Assembly: GCA_009103225.1 (NCBI GenBank) | Contig: RHPI01001037.1 | Span: 248,001-312,000 of the forward strand | Direction of reading: 5' to 3' | Source: Chlorokybus atmophyticus | Lineage: Eukaryota; Plantae; Mesostigma and Chlorokybus algae | Length of the DNA: 64,000 nucleotides | Shown here: piece by piece, positions 26,375 to 38,841 of the stretch | How positions within the stretch are numbered: position 1 is the stretch's first letter | Layout of the letters: each line of letters opens with the position of its first letter | Position numbers and translations under genes: made by a program | Notes under the pieces: generated by a model | Databases searched by the model: none | Told to the model about the DNA's origin: nothing | What the model saw: the letters and a program-made list of their open reading frames with translations, nothing else

Positions 26375-26620
26375 CGGGGGGCACTTAACACCTTTGCATG
26401 CTCACCCTGCATTCATATTATAACTACGTCACAACAATGTAACAAGCACAACAGGGCACACCATTTGCATCCGCATCCGTAGGGAACATAGGTCAGGTTG
26501 AGGATATATTGTGGGTGCGCTTGGCGCTAGACTTTGTGGCTTTGCGCCCGTGTATATATATGCAACCAGTGTTGCTCACGTGTGCTTTGTGCACCAGCGC
26601 TGGAAGAGGTGTTCAAGCAA
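25400..26620 (+). mobile_element. Partial DIRS-like copy C (5' end, gag, intron with poly-G gap) inserted antisense into copy B
   Basis: Leader gttatgagactcttgtgccc...ccctagcacggcggcaccatccttggcg and gag similar to 59100-60450. G-run 26128-26381 around N gap 26157-26306. Confidence 0.75.
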
Positions 26621-27441
26621 TTTCAGTACCTGTAAGTGGCCAACAAGCAGAGTTAAAAGATGGTCGTGAAACTGGAGGGAAACCCTCCGAGGGTTTCCCT
26701 CCAAAGTCTGGCCACGGATGATGTGGAGAAGTGCCCTAAGAAGGCAATCAAGTCAGTAGCCCATAGTAGCTTGCGCCCATACTCCGCCCATGTGTGCACC
26801 ATAGTAGATTCACAAACATCACGACATGCTACTACGGTATTATGTAATAAATGACGCATGTAGGGCCCCTCAACGAGGTTGGCAAGGACACGAGCAAGCT
26901 TATCATGATATATCTTATCGTGCACAAGGTCCTCCTGTGTGCTCGTGTAGGCAAGTGCATACAGCCACGCAGTTACATTGGGTGCATGTGCGTACCTCCA
27001 ACTCAAACGCGTGCGCGTACAGCAATGCGGGATTATGCATAGCTTTGCATACACTATTGGAATAACGTAAGCACGGGCTTTTTATAAAGCTCCCAATCTC
27101 ACCAAGGTAGCCATTAATTTCATTAATGATGGAGGTCATTAGAGGCCTCGAATGTATTGCAACCATAAATGGCCGTAACTTGTGCAAATAGTTTCAGAAT
27201 CAAATTCTCTTGTGCTTTGTATTATGCTATCCGCCTCATTATAAGAGTCTCAGAATTTTCGTTTAAGGGGCATTTATGACCCAAAAAAGAAATTTCCAGT
27301 GCTGACAGTGTTTTCAAAAACAACAATCATTACAATTTCATATATTTATATTCAGACAGGGGCCCCATAGGGCTGATACTATCACAGCCCACTCGACCAC
27401 AATATATTAATACCCAGACAGGGGCCCCATAGGGCTGATAC

Positions 27442-27973
27442 TGTCACAACCCACTCGACCACAAAAGACTTGGTGCTTTTATGGTCGATTTGTGGTAATT
27501 TAAAGTACCTTCCCGTTACATTCCCCCCCCACTTAAGAACGCTGACGTCCTCGGCAGATGGCGCTCATCGGCTGGGGAATCTTCCCAGGGGTCTGATTTA
27601 GGGTCGGTCACCGGCCCCACCGCCCAAGGACCGGCCAATTTAGGCCCATACCGGTCAACGCGCGCATAGCGCGCCGGTGCCGGCCCCACAGGTCGCGTCG
27701 CCGCGATAGGCAGGTCGCGCCCTGCCGCGCCGACTGAACTGGTCGGCTGGCGCGACTGCCATTAGGCAAGTCGCGACCCATCGATGATGGCACTTATAAA
27801 GTGACCATTTACGATGTTATTGGATCGAGAAACAACGACCACGAAATTCGTGTGCAAGCAGGAATCGAACCCGGGTCTCAAGCTCCGATACCAATGTCAC
27901 AGCCCACTCGACCACAAAAGACCTGGTGCTTTTATGGTCGATTTGTGGTGCATTAAAATACCTTCCCGTTACA
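27442..27973 (-). mobile_element. Complete TRIM (532 bp): 79-bp LTRs, Met-tRNA PBS, PPT, 5-bp TSD
   Basis: LTRs 27442-27520 and 27895-27973 (TG...CA); TSD GATAC at 27437-27441 and 27974-27978; PBS TGGTATCGGAGC next to the 5' LTR; PPT agtggggggggaa before the 3' LTR. Confidence 0.93.
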
Positions 27974-30699
27974 GATACAATCCCAATAGCAAATGTACAG
28001 TCGCCACGCTGTCACTACAGCTACGGAGATAGTGGCCCTGTACGCCCTACCGAGGGCTTACGGCAATAGCTACGCAAGAGCCCTATCCCGCCACAGTTGT
28101 ATTATGACTAGTAGCAAGCGGGTGTCACGTTAACCTCCTAAAGAAGCGGTTCGAGACTACATAGAAGCGGCTCGAGGCTGCTGTGCCCCACACTTGAGGC
28201 ATATGATCCCGAGTAGCGAGGGGGATACTTGCCCCTGCTTTTAGTAGACAGGCTTTGACTTGGACTGCGATGCAGCCAAGTCTTTCAATGCCTTTTAAGG
28301 CGCTTTGCCTCAGCATCATTCACTGCAAGGGGGATGCGCACAAGCTCGTCCGCGACCTTCCTACTGCGCTTGTTGGCCATCTTGAAATTCCATTGAGCAT
28401 GTAATGGAATTAATTACACACCTCATAAAATGTTGCGCACGGAGCGTAAATGAGGACACGGGTTGCATGGTCATATGAGGCTTGAAGCCATCGGGTTTAG
28501 CGCCAAACGCACCCCCAATCTATTCCCGTAATTATCATGTGCATATGCGCATGCAGATGCAAATGTTGTGCCCTATTGTGCTTGTTCCCTTGCTGTCGGG
28601 TAGTGACAACGCAAATACACGGCTGAACGTGCAATGGTGTTAAGTGCAGCCCCCCCCCCCCCCCCCCCCNNNNNNNNNNNNNNNNNNNNNNNNNNNNNNN
28701 NNNNNNNNNNNNNNNCCCCCCCCCCCCCCTTTATTGAACATGCGGGGAAGAGGGATGCGGAACACGTGCAGCTTATCGAATGACTGTGTATCTATATAGA
28801 TATCGGGCTGGCGCCTGCGCAAGGCCTGTAATGCACGCATGTACAAGCGTGCAAGGGCGAAGTCCGCACCCACATAGTAATGTGCCTATATGCGCGTGCT
28901 GCATGTGGCGGTGCTCAACAAGAAAGGAGCCCACCTTTCATGTTGGCGTTGCGGCCTGTGGTGAAGTGCGAAGTTCCGGCGAGGTGAGCGAGCAGAAATC
29001 GAAAGAGGAAGCCACCGAGCCGAGGTGAGCCGCCACCTAGCCGAGGTGAGCCGCCACCTCGAGGTGTTGACGAGCCCACTTCTTCAAGTTCGCCTTCCAA
29101 GGCGTGACGGGCTCACAAAAGCGGTTGATCATGGCCTTGACATGAGCATTAAGGTTGTTACATTTACCATGCTCGCAGCAAATTTTGCCCACAAGTAGCG
29201 AGTGGGTGTGCTCAACGGCGCGCTTATGACGGATGGCCAACGCCTTCTCCCGCTCGAGGCGCATATTCTTCGCCTCCAACACCTACAGCCTCCTCGCCAT
29301 ATCCTCGACGGACATCATGAATGGGGTGGTGGAGGCTGAAGCTGGCACTTGGAGCCCACTTTTTGCGCTTCAGGCGAAAGTCCTATTCCTCCTTATTCTC
29401 CCCACTACCATCCTCCTGTTGCACCTCCTCCTCTCTCCCACCCAAAGGGGGCGCACCTCTCCATCTCCTCTCTCCTTTCTTCCCTCCTCCTCCTCACCAC
29501 GCGGACTCTTAACCCGCGACAAGCGTTTGGCCTAACCACTGCGAGTGTGGCCGCCACCTCATATGCATCATTACGGGCATGCGATTGAGCAATGTATCCG
29601 GCATGATGAAGGTTCGCCGCCCCTACCTCCTCACCTCACTTGCCACCCACGCCAAGGATGGTGCCGCCTTGCCAAGGCTAGGGTTTTAAATGATTAGATA
29701 TTGAGCTTATGACTCACGACTCACTCCCAGTGAGTGCTTTTGCCCCTAAGTGCTTGGAGCAGTCGGGGCACAAGACTCTCATAAATCATTGACCAGATCT
29801 AGAGTTCATAGGTGCGCGTATCATGCGTTTCATGAACTCATATGACGTGCAAATGACGTAGTACCTTATGGTAAATTGTTATACTCACTGTGATTTAACT
29901 GTGAGTATGAAAGTGACCATGAATGTAGAAAACTTTTTAAAACATGTACGGGGTTTCTTTGTGGCAGCAAAAAACTAAACCCATGAGTGTCAGCATCTAT
30001 TGAAGGTAATTGATTTCATAAAAGAGGCTAAGGCGCTGATTCCCATTAAGGTAAATGTAGAAGTAAAAATGGAATACTCAAATGCTGCATCACCAATGGT
30101 GCAATGTATTATTATTCACCAATAGAAAGATCATGGACATAGCTGTTGGCTGAAAGCGCTTTCCGTAAAATCAGAAAGCACAGACGAGCTGCCACAAGCT
30201 ATGAGCCATCTCAAAGTGTGGTGGTGGGTTGTGCAAAGCAAGGAGGAGGCATGTTGCGTGGTCAAGGCTGTAATAATAAAGCATATAATGCAATGGCGTC
30301 AATAATGCCAGCTGAGAACAGTTGTGAGAATGGTTGGGGAAGATTGGCCTACCACAGCTATGGTGCATGGCAACATATCCGCGCGACACGTAACTATTAA
30401 ATGGGTCATACTCGTGGTGGTGGTCATAATTTGGTTAATTTTCAATTTCTCCATATCATTGCAACTAGCTGTGACTACTGGTGCCAGAAGTTTGCATTGG
30501 CTTAATATTACATAATCACTTATATATTGCATAGCTATGGTTAAGCTGGCAAAATGAACAATTATATTGCAAAAGAGCAAAGACCAGTTGTCGGGGTATA
30601 CTATTACATTATACTAGCATGGCGAGTCTTAGCTAATCATACTATTACGAGCTGCTCTCAGCTCGTAATAGTATGATTACGCTTTGATAGCAACATGTG

Positions 30700-32400
30700 A
30701 ACCTTGTGTTCATGGGCGCGCATGGAAACCGCACCCATGAACACAAGGTTTCGTTATAATGAGTCATGAAACTCTTGTGCCCCTACTCATCCAGGCACAA
30801 GCACTTGCTAGACGTGAGTTGTGAGTCATAAGCTCTTTATCTAGCTATTTGAACACTATGCCGCGCTATCCTTGGCATAGGTGGCAAGTGTGGCCCACAC
30901 TCGTCTATATTATACTTTGCAGGTGTACAGGCTTCCTCAGTTTCGACCATTGCGGGCAGGCCCAACACCTTTAACGAGTCAACAATTGTAAAAGCGCATG
31001 ACTTTCGCACCAGACGTGAACGTGTAATTCTCATCATCATAGCCAAGCACCTTAGTGCAGACCTTGTATATGTAAGTATTAGCCTATATCCATACACTCG
31101 TACATTGTGTATGTAATGCACTTGAATGTTGGCATAGCCACTATATTATCAACCCATATCAACCGCCTAGCATGAACTACATGTCGCATATAATTTGATT
31201 GCTAGTAGTGCCTACTTACCTAATGCGAGGGGGTCCTTTAGCATAGCACATGTGGTGAGTACATGTAAATGGGTAATGAAACCGTTTTAAAGTGCATTGT
31301 GCTTGTATAATAAGAGACAATGCATGCCATAACAGACAATGCATGCCACCAATGGGGATGACTACAAGTCAGTATGTGTACTTGGATTGCATGTACTGGT
31401 TTACATCCGTATTTTCGTACAGCGGCGTGATTGGCCCCCTGCAGGGTGTACCATCCAACTCTGCACCGTGACGGCATTGCTCTGCGTGATGGTTGGGAAT
31501 GCAAGGCTCACCTGTGCCTCTCTATGCCCTGGTGGACCACCCACATTTGATGGCCATTACTCCTTTCATGCAGAATGAGCACTGCTTATCAATACTGCAA
31601 GCCCATCCAGTGGCTAGGCCCGCTTATAGCTTAACCCCTAAGTCATAAAAAAGCCATGTCCACGGGCACTAAAGTGATTTTGGTTTCAGCCACTTGCACA
31701 AGTTGTGTGCAGCTTTTATTCAGCGCAATATGCAGGCACTTATGCTCAATACATGTAGATATAATAAAATTATGCACTTGCGCAGCCTATACTGATAGGT
31801 GGCAGAGCATTACCTGCTACTAGTATTGTGCGAGGGGAATAGACCTATTGGCATTACTTTGTGGAGCTTTAATTACCTCATAAATTGGCAACCCTGCCGG
31901 CAGTCATAAACACCATGGCCTTTTTTAGATTAAGATGTTTATTAAGTTCTTTACCTCAGCACTTGTGTGCGCCATGCCTCAGCGCCCATACATGCATGCC
32001 ACAAGGCCAGACCTCTCCCACTGCACATGCACTTGTGGCGGTGATGCGTGCGACTGCTACCAAATTGCTACCCACGGGCACTTATTAGAACGCCTTCACC
32101 CCTTCACCCTCGACGTGCTTGAGGCCAAGGTTGCACACTATGCCCGTAATGGGTGGGAGTTAATGGGGAGTCTACGTATAATGGTTATCCTCTTCTTGTA
32201 TGCTTGTATGGTATTGGACTTCAATGTGGCAGCAATCTGATGGCAAGGCACTATCTTTCGGTGGACCGCATTATGCGATAACATGTTCATAATGAACATT
32301 ACAGACCCACACAGCAAGACAAACCAGCATGGTGTGGGTGCAACCATGCATATTGCTGTTGTAGGTTGGGCCTTATGTGCAATAATGTACACGAATACGT
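30700..32400 (+). mobile_element. Highly decayed DIRS-like copy D (5' end to YR fragment)
   Basis: Leader similarity at 30707-30900. YR relic WELMGSLRIMVILFLYAC...HSKTNQHGVGATMHIAVVG aligns with copy B ELMALSTVAVLRLCAG...IKTDQHGVGVTMHIAAVG. Confidence 0.6.
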
Positions 32401-33918
32401 GCTTGTGTAGCTCATGCTACCAATAAGCTGGCCAGGTTGTTGTCATTAAGCTCATTATAAGATGTATGCAAACCCTAATCCATGAGTTAATGAACAAATG
32501 GGTTTATTGATGTTGATAATTATAAAGCTAATACTCATGTGGTCAAATCTAGGCGTGTGAAATCGCCTCAGTTTATAGTAGGGGTTTGCAACCAAGAGTG
32601 GAAAATGAGACACCACACGTGAGAAAACTCACGCATGGTGGCAAAAACACTTTTAAATGGAATTTACATGAGTAGGTGCCAACCAGCTTCGACTGTTACT
32701 TACAAATGTATTAATGGCTTAAGTGCAAACTACCCATAGATAAAAAGGGTGAGAACATTACTCCCCGCCCTAGAATGGTGGTTGAATCAAAATACTTATC
32801 ATGGATAAATATGTAGGTAACAGAAAGGCTATTGATTTGTGCAAAGACATTCGATTAAATAAATCAGTATGGGCTCATCTCGGGCAGTCTTTTGCTATGA
32901 TGAATTGAGTTTTCCGCATCATAGTTGGGACCAACCTAAGATGGACCTAGTGCGGTTGCAATTGATATAATTATGATCTATTCGTTCCAAAAAGCTGAAG
33001 ACGTGCAATTGCGTCACTGTCTTTGTTGCTTCAAGTGTCAGAGAAGGTCGTTTTCATAAGCTCAATTGGGAATCAAGAAGTAGGTATGGGGACGATTGAC
33101 ACTGATTTATATAAAACTCCTTAGACACGGGGTCAAGTATTAAAAAACGGCGTAACCTCTAGTGGTCACGGGAGTCCGCGGCAAGAGGGTTAGCGGAAGA
33201 TTTGGAGAACTCGCACCAAATCATGCAAAAGCACTGATTCACTGTCGCTACCACCTTTATGAAGGGGGTTTTGCAAAGTCGCGAAATGATTCAAAGTCCC
33301 TTATTCATCCAACCTCACAAAACGTGTGGTAATTGTCGCGCGCGCGCAAACTCATAAAAAAGTTATAGTGTTTGGCTACGAGGTTCAAGGGTTAGTAGTC
33401 AGCACATGAATACACGACCTTCAAATGCATGGCAGTTTCAGTGAATTGAAAACTCATGCGGGTTTGGCAACCGGGTTAAAACACGCCACCTCCCTAAATT
33501 AGGACAAGTGAGTTTGATTTGTTATGAGGTTGGGGGAACCCAAATGCCGAGTTGGCTGGTAGTTCTCCTTTCCTCTCCCACTACTAGATGCTTCACTGCG
33601 CCGTCCTTGGTCGGAGTGAATAATTTACCGCGGCAAGGTTCATTCATTTTTAATGAAGTCGCTAAGTGAACTATCGGGGTTGGGGATTGAACCGAGATGA
33701 GTCTCGGTGGGGAAAACGCAAAGTTGCGAATCTTTACTTTGAAGTTGGTGAAGCCACTTAAGGGTGAAAATAAGACTCATCGAGTGAAGTCATTTGCGTG
33801 TGAACAAACTCGCGACCAAGTGTATAAGTGAGCTAACGGTGTCCTCGCCTTTCGAGTGTATCACATGGATGGAAGAAAGCCTCCCCCCCCCCCACATTGA
33901 ACTCCACATATACTAAAA

Positions 33919-35500
33919 ATGGCTCCAACCAAGAACTCAAAAGCCGAAGCGGCTGTTGAGGGGTAAGCTCGCTAGGTATCCTGGGGGCATACTTGCGAAG
34001 GGAGGACCTCCGCCACCATAGACTTTACGTGATGGAAGCAGCGAAGTTGGGGATATGTTGCGGGTGGGACTTCGTTTACATCGGAGGGAGAGCAACCGCG
34101 TCGAATACTAGCCACCTTAACCACACAATGAACCAAGATTCTTTGGACTGCGAAGAGTCTTCGGACGATAAAGTACCTATGAACCCAAAAATGATACAGG
34201 CAATACCGACATCGGCCTTATCGGTAAGTCATGCATATATTTCAAAGTTATATTTCAAAGTTGCGAATAAATATATATTAGAAGAGTGTTCCGAAAGTGA
34301 TGTCGAAGATGAGAAGCCGAAGCCAGCTATCCCACCAATTGCCATGCGATTAGGCTTCACTGCCAAAAGGCCCTCAAATTACTGGAAGTGATTCCGCGCA
34401 AAATGCTTAGATCTCATTGGGAGACTTAGAGGTATCAATTGCTAAGTATGGCTTAATATAGACTGAAAGTCGGCGTCTTTTTAATAATCTTTTTCGATAC
34501 TGAAACGGTGATATATGCTCGGGTATTATGAATCTCTTGTTGTTGAAACAAACCTCCGACGAGCACATTGTTGAGATAATGGCTTGAATGGGTGAGTTGA
34601 AGACGGAACTGCAGTTTCTGGCGAGGAATCAACTTGCTACTCCACACGGGGGTTGTGGGATACATCGGATGATGAATACTCCAAAAATCGTCGATCCCGC
34701 TATAGACGCCATTGAGAATAATTGGGCGCTCTTCAATGAAAGCATGTGAATTGCAAAGACTCCGAGGGATAATTATATAAGCTTCATGTGGCAGAGTTTT
34801 AGATTCATCTCGAAGGGATCGAACTGTGGAATGATCAAAGGGCTTTGAATCCGGCAAAAATAACCGCGGAGTTGCACAGAGATGATTTTCGAGCACTATC
34901 AGTCGGTGGATCCGGGACGTGAGGCTATTAAGAAATGGGATGATTTGGTTCATCCCCACAAAATAACCACCGCCGAGTACATTCGGAAGCTCAATGCACT
35001 CGCGGCAATTGCCTCAAATCACAGCCGCCCACTTAGCTTTAAAATCGAGCTTAAGTTTGTAAAAAGCTAACTCCGTCATTTTGCAATCATCCGAAAATGA
35101 TGAAGCATCAATTATCAATGTTTAAACGGGCCAATAGTCCTATATTAACATAATGAGAGAAGCGGCTGAGATCGGCAAGCTAATGGAAAACTCGTGAAAA
35201 AGAAAGGTATCGGTACCGGAAACAGCAGTCCATGAAGCGGACCGCTCAAATGATTACCGCAATGATAGTGGCCGCCAAAAGGAGAAGGTTCACACCAAAA
35301 TTGTGATTGCCCCAAATATGCTAAGTCCGAAGTCGGTGAAGCAAAAGGCGCGAACCGCGGATACAATGGCGAAACAATCTCCAAACTTATCCGCAACTCA
35401 GCATAGGATCCTTCGAAGGTATTTCGGGATATCTGCAAACCGGGAAGTGCTTCAGCTGTGGAAAAGTCGGTCATTACAGAAGTGACTGCTCAAAGTTAAA
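33919..35500 (+). pseudogene. Decayed retrotransposon gag, probably Ty3/gypsy-like, with CCHC knuckle
   Basis: REAIKKWDDL...TTAEYIRKLNAL resembles Retrotrans_gag; CFSCGKVGHYRSDC at 35448-35489; many stops and frameshifts. Confidence 0.55.
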
Positions 35501-36208
35501 CAATCGACCATAATGAATGGCTATTTTGAGTAGGGACTCTCTACCCAATCGGACTCGGGGTGATTGGTTTGTATACCATGGCAATAAATAGAGCAAATGT
35601 TAATAAAGTAATTAAACAATGCTCGTATGTTATTATGGGTGTGTGTTTTTGGAATTCACAGTTGGATGACAAAAAATATTAAAGAGTTTAAAACCGGGCA
35701 CAGTGGTATATTGATTTGTACTCCGCTGCAGCAACTTAAAGACGCGCTAAGAAAATGTTTAGCGCAAAAACACAACACCCCAGGTAGTGTCATCATGAGT
35801 GCTCACTCTTCAATTTCTATAGTCATTGGCGTGCTTTGTTATAAAAAGGAGCCAACGGCTGCACCTTTTCAAATGAAGGCACTACATTATCTATTAAATT
35901 GCAAATGTGGTGCGAGTATAAAACCAATCACCATGAACAAAAGATGATACTCGTTGACTATGATGTTCAATTGTATTGTTAATCATTGCGGATTTTCGCG
36001 TTGGTTGATGGTGGTACTCACCTGGCCGTATACATGTACATGTACGCTGCGATGATGCCAGCATCTTAGGTTTGCACTCTGCAAGTGGTGTTGGCCGGAA
36101 GAACAGACACTTAATGTTGCTCAACTCGAATGTCCGGAAGCCTTGTTCCATGCCCTGCTCCGTGTATGCACAGGCATGCATTATGGAGTTGTCTATCAAC
36201 ACCAAGAT

Positions 36209-37210
36209 CACGGCGAAAAGTAATTTAGAACTAGGATTCCACGAAACAGAACCGGTCCTGGTATGAACGGCCGTGCCAGGGAGGCCGCGCCGGAAGCGTG
36301 GTCCGATGAGATCCGTGCCAAGCATGGTGCGGATTTCATGGCGGCAGGACGTCCGCACCATGGTTTATTCCTGATGCCGCTGGTCATCAAGCTACAACCA
36401 GCCTAAAAGATGCCACCGCAATTCAGGCGTCCACGACTGCGAACCGCGCCTGGTATGACATGTCGTACCCAATCGCGCGGCCTTAGTGCGGACATCATGA
36501 TGCGAACCCGTACGGTCAATTGGCCGCAGTTAAGTCGTGCACCTTTTGCTGCTTCAACTAATTGAGATCTAACTCGGTTAATTGGCAGCTGCTAAGCCGC
36601 GCACCTTTTGCTCCAACTGACCGCACACTAGCCTCAGTCAATTGGCCACAGTTAAGTCGCCCACCTATTGCTCCAACTCCAACTGACCACGAAATAGTGT
36701 TGGTCAGTTGACCGCAAGTAGTAGGGCGCGCACCTTTTGCTCCAACAGACCGAGAAGTAGCCTTGGTCAGTTGGCGGCAGTTGGGTCGCACCTTTTGCTC
36801 CGCGGCTCAGCGAGGTAAAAGGTGCGACCTAATTGCAAAATAAAACCACAGATTTTACCTTGTTCACATATTGGCCGCGGTAAGGCGCATCACTTGTATG
36901 CCGCGTGCCTGGGTTCGAGTTTGGACGAGGACACCTCAAGTAGGTTACCTCGCGCGCGCGGTAATAATGCTAGTTTGTTTTTCAAGCTGCTTTTTCGTTT
37001 GCTCGGGTAACAATATTAAGCTTTAACTGTTATCAGATTAATTTTGGCGCGGTCAGCACCAAACCTGTGGTGACAGTCGCGAACATCAGGGCCATGGTTG
37101 GTTTTCGCGGTTACACGCCAAGTTTTGACCTTAATCCGCGGCTTCCACCGCTACTGCCCCCTAGTGCGGACGTCCGCACGATACATAGTTTAATACTTAT
37201 TTTCGCGGTG
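36209..37210 (+). mobile_element. Non-autonomous TIR-like element R1, copy 2
   Basis: Starts cacggcgaaaagtaat and ends aatacttattttcgcggtg (imperfect TIR); same internal order as 21627-22774. Confidence 0.75.
36872..36925 (+). pseudogene. tRNA-Thr-like Pol III cassette inside R1 (also on the minus strand at 21975-22027)
   Basis: TGGCCGCGGTAAGGCG (box A/D arm), CTTGTA or CTCGTA anticodon-like loop, GGGTTCGAG (box B). No pairing acceptor stem found. Confidence 0.5.
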
Positions 37211-38841
37211 AATTTGTCGGTTTTGCTGCATCATTATCCAACGCGATCGGGGCCGAGGAGACAAGTTTGGATACACTGACATTGCATGCAAAGATGTACA
37301 CTTCATTGACGTTGTCAGCGGTTCGGACAAATTTATATTATTGTCATATGTGAGAATGTATACTTCATAAGGTGTGTGTCAAGATTATTACTTTGCATTG
37401 TTACAAACGCTACTAATTTTATGACCTCATCATTGCTAAATTCAACCCCACTGCCTATCTATGGTTTGCCCCGCGGCCTGCAAGCAACAGGCAGCTAGTG
37501 CATATATGACCCCAAAAGGGAATGCACACGACTCGTTTCACTCATGTGACATGAGTGAAACTTCTCCAACTCACTGCCACCAGCGTTACTCACGTAGGTG
37601 ACGTAAGGAGCTTACTGTAAATATGCCGACCAAGCTAGCCTTGTTATTGGATACATGGCAGGTTGCACACAGTTATCATCCTCAAGTCACTCACATATTG
37701 AAGCTACCGGTACCGTGCCTGTGTGTATATATATACACACACACATATATATGTGTACATATGTGTAAAGTAATATCAAATGCGTCTACCGGTAGGTATG
37801 TATATTTTATAGGTATATCTATACATACATGTATGTGAATTTAATATATGTATATATGTATAAACGTCTATTTAAATTACCTACCACAGCTCAGTAGTGG
37901 CTACCATTGCAGCGGTGCATGTGAAATTGATTGCGGCACATGAGTCAATTGAGGCAACCGCTAGTACTCGACACACCTTGTGCAAGTGCTCTGCAGCGTG
38001 TTTTGTGTTGATGTAGTCGATGCACGCCAACCCCGTCTTGCTCGCAAAGGTCCCGCGATGCCGTAGTGATCTGCCTACCATTGCGACATTTGTCATTGTT
38101 GGCGCCCTGCGGCCATAGAATGCCTGGTTAGATCACGCATTAATTTGAATCTTTTTTATGCGCGATCTAATTAGACATTAGTTGAGGATTCGATTAGTAT
38201 TAAGTTCAATAAAAGAAGGATACCGAACTGCATGCACGCCATCTACTGCACTCCAATAGTTGATAAATAATAACTCAGCTGTGACCAAGATAGGAAAAGA
38301 TAGAAACTTGTACCTCGGTTGCCATTGAATACTCGATTAAGTCATGGCTTGAACTCTAACCAAGTTGTGGTTACAGCCAGACGGTCGGGGGGCCATTTCT
38401 ACCGGTGTTTGTCCGGGTTCAAGGCATACAACTAGTGACTGAAGACCTATTGTAAGCAACATACACATATAAGTTGAGTGCAATAGCAATAGCAATTGCA
38501 CTAACCAATGCAATAAGTTCATTTAAGCCTTCTTGCTGTAGTCAATGCTAATGCGGAGTGGCGTCCATGTGCTCCGAAAGGACTTAAGACGCTTGTAAAT
38601 CCAAATAATGAGGACGAAAGGCTTCTGGGAGCCAGCTGCATTGACACATAGAACTGCTGTAATTCTATCCTTCTCTCGCTTGCCCCATCCAGCCTTTTCA
38701 ACAACTAGAGTATAATGCGAAAGTGCTATATGAAACACTCCGGTTTCGTCCATGTTTCACAAATCAGTAATACGTCTATTTAGCTAGCATCAGTAATACG
38801 TACATCTAATTATTAAGCTAGCATGCGAGGCTATCTACTGC

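Larger units (their letters stand above)
22775..29846 (-). mobile_element. Decayed, near full-length DIRS-like retrotransposon (copy B) with nested insertions
   Basis: 5' end GTCATATGAGTTCATG at 29846. Gag about 29550-28050. RT fragments 27050-26700, 25390-25150 (VVSPLNLVDDDRKLRFTMDLRHV) and 24600-24400 (GYHH). RNase H WVPRERNKKADALSK about 23900. WGPFSVNRFA methyltransferase-like region. YR with IKTDQHGVG about 22850. Confidence 0.8.
35850..38760 (-). mobile_element. Fragmented pogo/Tigger-like (DDE_1) transposase, split by insertions including R1 copy 2
   Basis: MDETGVFH...GKREKDRITAVLCVNAAGSQK at 38523-38753; LVLIDNSIMH...ELSNIKCLFF(P)ANTT...DAGIIAAY at about 35950-36210. Confidence 0.7.

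Noticed and set aside
26076-26482. Poly-Gly and poly-Pro ORFs
   Set aside because: Translations of homopolymer runs and an N gap inside a TE intron.
34453-34959. 168-aa minus-strand ORF
   Set aside because: Antisense to the decayed gag relic on the plus strand; no motif.
36860-36935. Functional tRNA-Thr gene
   Set aside because: Boxes A/B and the anticodon loop are recognisable, but acceptor and T stems do not pair, and it sits within a dispersed repeat.
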